Shown here: positions 39,656 to 64,000 of the stretch, one piece after another
Position numbering within the stretch: the stretch's first letter is position 1
How the letters are laid out: the number at the start of each line of letters is the position of its first letter
NCBI RefSeq assembly: GCF_009914755.1
Contig: NC_060947.1
From: the human T2T-CHM13v2.0 reference genome, Homo sapiens
Direction: 5' to 3' (one strand)
Length of the DNA stretch: 64,000 nt
Position numbers and translations under genes: made by a program
The notes under the pieces: generated by a model
Database searches by the model: none
What the model was told of the DNA's origin: nothing
Seen by the model: the letters and a program-made list of their open reading frames with translations, nothing else

Positions 39656-40401
39656 GAGGGCAGAGATGGTTTTGTTGACCTTTCAATCCCCCAACCAGGC
39701 TTGGCCCTGGGTTCTTGCCCACTGTGGGTGAACAGTAAGCAGTTGGAAAATGGAACTGAATTGCCCAGAGGCACTGCAAGTAGAAGCTAGGCCTTTCAAC
39801 CCCCAACCTATGATGCTTTCCATAACAAAATCTCATTCAATTCAGTTCAACAAACATTTATTGGTTTCTCTATGTGCCAGATCTGGAGCTACAGTAAAAG
39901 ATAAACCAGAGGCAAGCTGTGCCCTCAAGGAGCAAACATTCCTCCAGGGAGCTAGGCTCTTCCCACCTCGGGCCCTGCACACCTGCTGTTCCTTTGGCGC
40001 GGAAAGTTCTCTTTGCTGCCTTTGCCCACTAAACTGCCTATTCATCCTTCAAATCTCAGATGAAATGTTGGCTCATCAGCGGCACCTTCTCTCACTCCCA
40101 AACTGGGCAGATCCCTCTGATACATTCTCTCAGTGAGTCCTTTTCATTCCTGAACTTAGCAAGTTTGTAATTCTATATTGATTTGTGCAGTTCTTGGTTT
40201 GCTAACCTCCTGCCTCCTCATTAGACTGTTAGCTCTACAAGGGCAGATACTGTGTTTTGCTTCCCACTGTATCATAAGCCTGGCCAAAAGCCAGGATAAG
40301 CAGTCCATGTTTGTTGAATGCATGAATCGACAACCTAATCGATTATGTAGACAGATAAATCATAACTACAATTCAATGTGATAAGAGGTATAGGGTAATA
40401 G

Positions 40402-40648
<247 letters not shown>

Positions 40649-41148
40649 TGATCTGCCTGCCTTGGCCTCCTAAAGTGCTGGGGTTACAGGCGTGAGCCGC
40701 CGTGTCTGGCTGAAATCATTTCTTTAGAAAGGAGGAGGCCAGCTCCTGCATCTATGGAGCTGGCCTTGGCTAGCCTTGCAGAACGCATATACGGCCAGAC
40801 AATCAAAGCATGGGGCAAACGGCATAGCTTTGTGAAAGCGCCCATTGTGTTCAGACAAACCAAAGCTACTTGTCAGCATCTCTCCATTTCCCCAGTCCCC
40901 TAGGAAGCAGGCAGTTCTGCCACAGTGGGACAGACTGGCCACCACCTGCTGATTCGGGTTCGGGCACAATTGGCAGTCAGACCACAGGGCAGAACTGAAA
41001 GGAAACTCCTGGAATTCGGAATTCACAAATCTCTCTATTTCTCAGGATTCTGCTCTCCAGGAGGAAGATTGAGAGATCTGATTGGGGCCGGGTGCGGTGG
41101 CTCACGTCTGTAATCCCAGCACTTTGGGAGGTCAAGGCAGGTGGATCA

Positions 41149-41453
<305 letters not shown>

Positions 41454-41475
41454 CTACTCCCAGGCATAAGAGAGT

Positions 41476-41494
41476 ATTGCCCTCTAGTGGTAAT
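41476..41494 (-). promoter_or_regulatory. Candidate CTCF motif (reverse)
   Basis: Minus strand taCCACTAGAGGGCAat fits the CTCF core. Motif only. Confidence 0.5.
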
Positions 41495-41516
41495 AATAAT
41501 GATAATGATGATAATG

Positions 41517-41547
<31 letters not shown>

Positions 41548-41550
41548 CAA
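41491..41550. repeat. (GATAAT)n-type microsatellite
   Basis: taataataatgataatgatgataatgataatgataat... Confidence 0.9.
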
Positions 41551-44500
41551 CTAGTGGATGTGGTCCTTGCTTGGGAGATCAACCATACCCGTTTGCCCAA
41601 GATTGTTTTAGCACTTGAAAGACCCACATCTCAAGAAACCTCTGAGTCTCAGGCAAGCCTACTCCTTGATGGTGTTCAATGCACTCGTATACACATGATC
41701 TCATTACATGGCTCCTAACCCTCGATGCCAGGAATCAGGATTCAGTCTGCACAGATCTGTAGAGCTTTAGAGATCCAGCCCATTTTCCAGATGAGGAAAC
41801 AAAGCCCAAGAGGAGGGAAAAAATTTCCTTCGTCAGCATTACATTACAAATTAATGGCAGAACCAGAATCAGCATCTAGGTGTCCAGGTCCACAGCCCCG
41901 GCCACTGTTGCCCCTGGCTGGCATGCCCTCAGCTACTCTGTCAGTTTGTCTAGGTCCCATGTCCTCCAGACTCGCTAAACTACTCACCCCTTAATCCTTT
42001 CAGAAAACTTCCCCCTCTGAAAGCCTGAAACACTCATTTGACACTTAGCATGTGCTATAGGTACCGTTTTTTATCCCTTAAATGTATAGTTCAAAAAAAA
42101 GAAAGCTCCTCAGCTCCCCACAAGCCCAACCCCCAGAGATACTAACAAGGAGAGCGGCCTCTGGTCAGAAGAGTCTCAGGAGTGGCCCTAGTTGGTCCAG
42201 GGCCCCGAGGAAAGTGCATTTGGCACTGCAGAGCAAGAAAGGAAGCAGAGGGAGGCTTTTGCAATCACCAGGTGGGATGGATTTGAGAGCCAAGAGCTGA
42301 GGAGAGGTGAAAAGGCATCCTTGCAGCCTCAAGACAAAAGGAGAAAGTGAGAGCCTTCTTTGCCCCAGGGATGCCGCCAGGGAATGGGTCCTGCTTTTTC
42401 TGCTGCCAAAATTGCTGTGCCCTTCTCCGTTCCCCTGGTCCCTGACAAGGACCCCCAAAATCAGCTCTTGCCTTTCCCCTCCACTGAGACAAATTTGCAA
42501 ACTCCCACATCTCTGTGGAAACGGCAGAGAGCAGGAGAGAAGAAAAAAGGAGAAAAAAATCCACCCACATGCCAACAAACTGGAAAAAAAATAACCCAGG
42601 CCTTGTCGCACTCAGCTGTTGGCTTGCTGCTCCCTCCCACTGTGGCGGCTGCTCCTGCCTCCTGGACATGGACCCAATGCTGTGCAGTTCCCCTTCCCAT
42701 CTGGAGCTGGCTTTTGTCAATGCCCCTTGTCCCTACCCCCACCCCAGCTCTGGGAGAGAGAGTCCTGGAGTCCAGGAGGAGGAAAGCTGGAAGGGAGGAC
42801 CGGCAGAGCCACCCAGGGCTGTGGCTGACCACAGACTCTGTGCCCATCACCGTCTCCCAAACTATGGAGGGGAACTTCCTCCCCTCCCAGGGAAATAAGT
42901 TAAGGAGATGGGGCACTGCCCACAGGCTGGCCCCACCAGGCCACTTCTGTCTCAGAGGCTGTCCCCTGCGTCTTCTGTCCTCCCTCCCCCAAGCCCTTCC
43001 CCTTGGCTGCCTCTCTCTACCATTTTCAAGCTCTGTTTTCAGTCTAACTCCTTCTATTTTCATCTTTTTGTGCCCTCGCCTTTCTTCACCTTCTGCTCCA
43101 GTTCTGGGCACCATATTTAAACAAAGCAAAACAAAACAAAATGGAGTGTGTTGCTAGGAAAGGAGGGATGTAGAAATCATCACTATTAGGAAAACGGAGA
43201 TGTTTTGCCCGTAGAAAGGAGGATATGGACTCAGAGGAGCATGGAAGGATAGAAACACAAGGAGCTTTTTGGATAACCTTATTTTACAGATGAGGTGATC
43301 GAGGCCCAGAGAGGGAAGAAGACCTGGGGCTACCATGCAGAAGAGGGGACAGCTTTGTTCTGTGGGCCTCCAGAAAAAAGAAGGAGGACCAGTGAGTACG
43401 ATTTATGAAAAGGCAGATTTATTTATTTATTTATTTAGAGACAGAGTCTCACTCTTGTTGCCCAGGCTGGAGTGCAGTGCCATGATCTCAGCTCACTGCA
43501 GCCTCTGCCTCCAGGTTCAAGCAATTCTCCTGCCCCGGCCACTCGAGTAGCTGGGATTACAGGTGCCCACCAACATGCCTGGCTAATTTTTGTATTTTTA
43601 GTAGAGACAGCGTTTCACCATGCTGGCCAGGCTGGTCTTGAACTCCTGACCTCAAGTGATCTTCCCGCCTCGGCCTCCCAAAGTGCTGGTGTTACAGGTG
43701 TGAGCCGCCCGAGAAGGCAGAAGATTTAAATGACAGTTTTGTTTCTTCCTTCTAAATCCGTATTCCTGTTGTTTCGTTTCTTTGCCTTGTTTTGCAGGAT
43801 CTCCAGTTCAATTCTGACCAAAAGGGATGATAATGAGCATCCTTGTGCTGTTACTTATGTTAAAGGGGAAGATGTCAATGTTTCATCATTAGACATGGTC
43901 TTCACTGGAGGATTCGGAGGATTTTGGAGGATAGTCTTTACTCTTTATCAGGTTAGGGAAGTTTCCTCTCATTCCTTTTTTTTTTTTTTTTTTTTAAGAC
44001 AGGGTCTTGCTCTGTTGCCCAGGCTGGAGTGTGGTGGCGCCATCACAGCTCACTGCAGCTTTGACCTCCCAGGCTCAAGAGATTCTCCCACCTCAGCCCC
44101 CCTAAGTAGCGGCGACCACAGGTGTATGCCACCACACCTGGCTATTTTTTGTAGGGATGAGGTTTCACCATGTTGCCCAGGCTGTCTGGAACTCCTGGGC
44201 TCAAGCGATCTGCCCATCTAAGCTTCCCAAAGTGCTGGGATTACAGGTGTCAGCCACCGTGCCCGGCTTGCTAAGAATCTCTTTTGTTATGAACAGGAGT
44301 TAAGTTTTACCAAATGCTTCATCAGCATCTTTTCTAATGATCATACATTTCTCTTCTAATCTGTTTACATGGTCAAGAATGCAGCATTTAGTTCAAGAGA
44401 CAGGTGAAATTTCTAACATACAAAACTATCCAAAGAGGCACTAGCCACCCCATGGACCAAAGTAGTCAATTCCAAGTCACTGGAAATGTTCAAGTAGAAG

Positions 44501-45264
44501 TGCAGCCACTCAGTAAATATCTAGGTGTCAGGCACTGTTCTCGGTTCTGGCTACTTAGTGGTGAAGAAGATCCCTGCTCTCCTAGAGCTCACATTTTAGA
44601 GAAAGGATAACAGACACAAACAACCAAACAAATATATGAACAAGAACATTTCAAAAAGTCAAAAGTGTTATGAAAACAAATGAATAAAACAAAAAACAGT
44701 ACAAAGGTAGTATAATAGGGTGAGGATGGAGAACAAGATGAAATAGGTTAGTCAGGGAAGGATTCTCCATGGAGGTGAGAGTTGAGGTGAGCCTGAATGA
44801 CAAGAAGTTGTCAGTCATTTCATGAGGGCCCAGAGGCATGGGATCCCAGGGTGAGAGATGAGCTTGGTGTATTCAAGGGAATTCAGAAAGAAGTCCAGCT
44901 GGAGGCAGCAAGAGGAAAGACTGGTACTAGATGAGGTAGGAAAGAAGTTCTGGAGTAAAATGGTGTAGGGCCATGCCAGCCATGGAAGACATTTAGTTTT
45001 TATTTCAGATACAATGAAAAGCCATTGGAGGATTTTGAGCTGGAAGTGACATGATCTGAATTTTGTCTTTTAAAGCTTACTCTGTCTGATGTATGGAGAA
45101 TGGGTTATAGTGGAGGCAAAACCAGAAACAAGAAGGCCAGCTAAGAGGCTAGTTATGAAGCCAGTTAGACAGTCCAGGCAAGAGACCGTGATAGCTTGGG
45201 CTAGGATAGTAATTGTGGAGAAAGATATGTGGACAGATTTGGAATAGATTTTTACCTGGGCAGC

Positions 45265-48786
<3,522 letters not shown>

Positions 48787-50126
48787 GTGGTGTTAAAGAA
48801 AGAATGCATACAGAGATCAATAGAACAGAGTGGAATATATTTTGAGGTAAAGCCAATAGGACTTGTTGTTGGAAATATGAGTTGAGGAAAAAAAGGAATC
48901 AAGCACCGTCTGTAAGAGATGGGGGAAAGATCAGGTTAGAGAACGTAAAATGTCTTCCCAACTTTAAGTTTTAATCAAGGATTTTCGGGTCTATGATTCT
49001 TTGAGCTGCCCCCCATATTCCTCCTAACACTACAGCTATTCTTGGGGCTGAGGTCTCCCTAATTACTGGCCCCACATCTCCAAGCTCAGCCTCCCTCCCA
49101 CTTCCCTTTCCTCTTCCATGGAGGGGGTGTTGAGGGCTCTGCCAGTGGGAGCCAATGAGCAGGGTGAATGCTGCCTCTAGTCTTGGTTTTAAGAGGCTTC
49201 AAGCTATGTGTGTCAAAGATCCCAATGCCCTACAATCAGAGCGTTAAGGAAGCATGAGACAAGCTGGGGAAGGGAAAGAGAATGAGCGAAAGAGAAAAGA
49301 AGATGAAGAAAGAGAGATGGGGGAGGGGAGGAAAAGGAAAAAAGAGTAAGTGACCTGTGGACATGTGGGGAGGGGAGCAGGCCACAATGGCACACCTGGG
49401 GCACAGAGCATCCAGCACTGCTGGCCTCTGCCCATGGCCACAGCAAGATCCCCTCCTTATTTGCAGCTGTTAAGAGAGCAAAGAGGCTGTTATTGGGAGA
49501 CATAGTCCTCTGTAGTGACTACATCTGGTCAGGGTGGGAGGATGGATGAGGAGGAATGGATGCATTTGGAGAAGTGGTTCTAAACCTTTTGTTCAGTCAT
49601 AGACCTGTCTGTGAATGGAAGCCATGGCCTGCACACTCTCCCCAGAAAAATGCCACTAGATATTGTAGACCAAATTTTGTCTACAATTCAGCACATTCAT
49701 GAATGCTTTGGAATCCTCAAGGGTCCATAAGCCTGTGTGTCAAATCTCTGACATATAGAATATTTAGGAGATAAAAATCAACATGATTAGTGATGGATTG
49801 TATGTGATGGTTGACAGAGTGGGTCGGAGAGGAAGCCTGGGTTTAATGGCTGAGGTAGCTGAGTGGATGATAGAACCATCCACTGAGACAGAGAACACCC
49901 AAAGAGGAACAGGTTTCTGGGGAAAATACTGAATTCAATTTTGGACCTGCCAAATTTTAAGTGTCTGGAATGTCCAAGGGGAGATTTCCAGGAGGTAGAT
50001 GGACATATGGATATGAAGTGCAGGAAAGAAATATAGGCTAGAGCGAAAGAGTTGGGAACCATCAACATGTAGATGGCTATTAAAGCTATAGGAATGGGTG
50101 AGGTCGTCTACCAAGACTGCACAGAA

Positions 50127-50993
<867 letters not shown>

Positions 50994-51226
50994 AAAATGA
51001 GAAAAAGGCTGGGACATAGCCTTATGGAACACCAGATTCTAAGGAAAGGGCAGAGGAAGAGGGGCCCGCAAAAGGGACTGAGAAGTAGTGGCCAAACAGT
51101 AAAGAGTAAAGCCAGGAGAGTACGGTGTCACAGAAACCAAGGGCAAATCTTCCAAATGGAGGGGAGAGCTCAACAATGCCAAATGTTACTCAGACAACAA
51201 CTGAGTAACAACAGGGCCAAATGTTA

Positions 51227-51835
51227 CTGGCACTGGCCGTATGGCCTGTGGACTATGGGGCAGTCCCTGTTCCAGGGCTGTGTGCTGCTGGTCATCAACA
51301 CACTGGGCTGTGGTGTGCTTATGGTAGCCCGGGATGGTGTGTGACAGTCCTGGGAGGTCTACACCCAGCCTGACCAGATGTTCCACAGGTGGCACTCAGT
51401 GAGCATGCTTGCAGTGGATGGCAGCGTGGATCCTTTCCCGCACTACTGGTACCTCTGGCTGGACCACCTACTCCCTGTGTCTGGCCTCTGTGGCCTCCCA
51501 AATGCCCTCAGGAAGGTCCTCATGGATCGATCAGCTGGTAGCCTCTCCCATGCTGAGCATATGACACGTCTTGGGCCTTGGCTGCCTGGAAGGCCAGACG
51601 CTGGGAGAGAGCTGCCAGGAGCTGCAGGACAAGTTCTGGGAATTCTACAAGGCTGACTGGTGCATGTGGCCGGCTGCACGCTGGCGAACTTTCCCTTTGT
51701 GCACCCCCCTCCTCCCAGTTCCGAGTCACCTACATCAATGGCCTGACATTGGGCTGGGACACATATCTGTCCTACCTGAAGTACCAGTTCCTCTGACACC
51801 CCAGGCTATATGGCCTGGGCACCTGAGCAGACTAA
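51227..51835 (+). pseudogene. MPV17L2 processed pseudogene (probably MPV17L2P1)
   Basis: Frame-shifted pieces [74 protein letters not shown] and [23 protein letters not shown] match MPV17L2. Intronless. Confidence 0.92.
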
Positions 51836-52500
51836 GCTGCCCACCCCTAGGGACAAGATGCAAGACTGACTCCCAGAAGGGGAGCAGGGTTGAGCGTGGT
51901 GGGTCATGCATGTAATCCCAGCACTTTGGGAGGCCAGAAGTTTGAGACTAGCCTGGGCAACATGGCAAAACCCTGTCTCTACAGAAAATACAAAAATTAG
52001 GCCAGGCACCCAGCCTTATTTATTTATTTATCTCATACACCTGGAATTTATTTTGGTGTAAGGAATTAGAGATCCAATTTCATTTTCACCAAAATCACAA
52101 GCCAGTTATCCCAACACCATTTATTATACAATCTATCTTTTCACCAATGAATTAAAATATCTGTCAATTACTAAATTGTCCATAGGCAATGTTTTTTTCT
52201 GAACTTTCTATTGTGTTCCACTGATCTAGTTGTCAGTTTTGAACTGGTATCACTGTTTAATTCCTATAGCCTCACAATGTCTTTCAATAAGTGCTAAGAA
52301 TAGTTGGTATGCATTACTCAATTTTCAGAATTTTCTTGATTATTTCTAGATGTTTACTCTTCTAAAGGGATACAGTTTAGAAATGTAATATCAACTAAAA
52401 ATTATTTGGGTTGCATTAAATTTATAAATTAATTTGGAGAGTATTAACATTTTAATAAATGAGTTTGCCCATCCAGGAACGAGGTATGTCTCCCTTTTTA

Positions 52501-53037
<537 letters not shown>

Positions 53038-53043
53038 CTATAG

Positions 53044-53268
<225 letters not shown>

Positions 53269-53591
53269 TGAACTCCTGACCTCGTGATCCGCCCACCTCG
53301 GCCTCCCAAAGTGCTGGGATTACAGGCGTAAGCCACCACGCCCGGTCAAGGGGAGCTTCTTAACTATAGAGTGAGGTTTCCAGAAGGTATAGTAGAAAGG
53401 TTTTGAAGGAAGCAAAGCAGTTCAAGGTTGGCTCAAGGGAGGGAAAATGCAGAGTTGTAAGAAATACAGGCGAGGCCAGGCGCAGGGGCTCACACCTGCA
53501 ATCCCAGCACTCTGGGAGGCTGGGATGGGAGGACTGCTTGAGTCCAGGAGTTCCAGACCAGCCTGAGCAACATAACGAGACCTCGTCACTA

Positions 53592-55785
<2,194 letters not shown>

Positions 55786-55860
55786 GTTACTAAGAAGTAT
55801 AAGTGACGGGAGGTTTGGTAGCATTAGCTAACTCAATATTTGCCAAAGGAGTGTCCTTGA

Positions 55861-56232
<372 letters not shown>

Positions 56233-56986
56233 TGAGCCACCGTGCCCAGTGATCAATTATATTTTCAAGAGAATTATGGTCTCTGATGGAAGAGGAAACC
56301 CCTAGGCTCATAAGGCTAAGTAGATCATAACCACTTCCAGCTGGGTAAGGTGGCTCATGCTTATAATCCCAGTACTTTTTGGGAGGCTGAGGCAGGAGGA
56401 TGGCTTGAGCCCAGGAGTTTGAGACCAGCCTGGGCAACAAAGCAAGATCCTGTCCCTACCAAAAAAAAAAAATATCTCCGCATGGTGGCATGCACCTGTA
56501 GTTCCAGCTACTTGGGAGGTGAAGGTGGAGGATCGCTTGAGCCCAGGAATTCAAGGCTGCAGTGATCACACTACTGCACTCCAGCCTGGGTGCAGCTGTG
56601 ATCACACTACTGCACTCCAGCCTGGGTGACAGAGTGAGACCCTGTCTCTAAAAAACAAAATAAATAAATAAATAGTAACCACCTCCATTTGTGTAGCACT
56701 TCATGGTCTACAAATCTGCTTTTGGAGTCACTATTTAATTTGATTCTCTTAACAACTCTGTGAGGTAGCCAGGCAAGAGAACTAAAGTTCAAAGAGGCTA
56801 TGTGGCTACCCCTGATCTCACAATTAGTGGGTGGCAGAGCTGGGACTAGAGCCTCAGTCTTCAAATTCCTAACCTATTACACTGGAGTGATTTATCCAAA
56901 ATCCAGAGATATGCCATTTTCCCTCTTCAATGGCTTCTCCCACCATTTTCCTCCCACTCTGGGTTCTTTTTTTTTTTTTTTTTTTT

Positions 56987-56987
<1 letters not shown>

Positions 56988-57033
<46 letters not shown>
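56988..57033. repeat. (TTG)n microsatellite in an Alu tail
   Basis: About 15 TTG units following a poly-T run. Confidence 0.9.
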
Positions 57034-57699
57034 GAGACGGAGTGTCGCTCTGTCACCCAGGCTGGGGTACAGTGGTGCGATCTCAGAGGCTCAACTGCAA
57101 CCTCCAACTCCCGGGTTCAAGTGATTCTCCTGCCTCAGCCTCCTGAGTAGCTGGGATTACAGGTGCAAGCCACCACGCCCGGCTAATTTTTGCATTTTTA
57201 GTGGAGATGGGGTTTCACCATGTTAGTCAGGCTGGTCTTGAACTCCTGACCTCGTGATCTGCACGCCTCGGCCTCCCAAAGTGCTGGGATTACAGGTGTG
57301 AGCCACCGTGCCCGGCCCCTCTCTGGGTTCTTATCCTGGCTCAGTTATTACTAGCCAGTAAGTCAACCTTACTTCACCTCCTAGAATTATTGTAGGGATC
57401 AGAGAAAATGTTTGTGAAGCTCCCAGCACACTGTCTGGCACACAGTAAGTGCTCACTAAATGCAAATTATAAGCTGTTATTATCCTTTCAACTGTTCCAG
57501 TCCACCCTCATTGCTAGTCACCTCTACTTCTGCTCCTTCCCCTGAATCTCTGTGGTACCACATCCCAAGGTACAACTTGCTTTCAGAAGACACCAATGCC
57601 CAACAACTTTTACAGGCAGATATTGCCTATTTCCCAACACTTCCAACAAAGAGCATCTGATTGTCAGTAACGTGGCTTCAGCTTTTTTTTTTTTTCAAA

Positions 57700-63975
<6,276 letters not shown>

Positions 63976-64000
63976 AGGGTTGGGCATGGTGGTCATGCCT

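Noticed and set aside
42360-43157. Overlapping 265-aa and 222-aa ORFs in unique sequence
   Set aside because: No recognisable homology, splice context or proper start. Chance ORFs, though the region may be regulatory.
56562-56628. Short tandem duplications (here, and at ~384-417, ~18564-18601, ~30093-30123)
   Set aside because: Ordinary slippage-type duplications in decayed or low-complexity sequence.

Overview
Human/primate genomic DNA, very Alu-rich. It carries the 5' end of IQSEC2 (BRAG1, an ARF6 GEF, Xp11.22) on the minus strand: a CpG-island promoter, coding exon 1 (ATG at 31387, donor at 30680) and the 30-nt exon 2 (2156-2185), separated by a ~28.5-kb intron. Upstream lies ~32 kb of intergenic DNA built mostly from Alu, L1, L2/MIR, CR1 and LTR remnants. 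It contains four retrocopies: RPSA, Y1 RNA, RPS13 and MPV17L2. I see no novel multi-gene system, and nearly all long ORFs in the track are Alu, antisense or GC-rich artefacts. The most unusual observations are: (1) an RPS13 retrocopy lacking exactly what I recall as parental exons 2 and 4, a fossil of a double exon-skipped mRNA with a premature stop; (2) a young fold-back palindrome at ~55.2-55.4 kb, apparently broken by an asymmetric 30-bp deletion and flanked by head-to-head Alus; (3) several local templated-insertion or template-switch scars, including a two-donor insertion at 47557-47628. Gene identities, parental exon boundaries and repeat subfamilies come from recall, not database searches.
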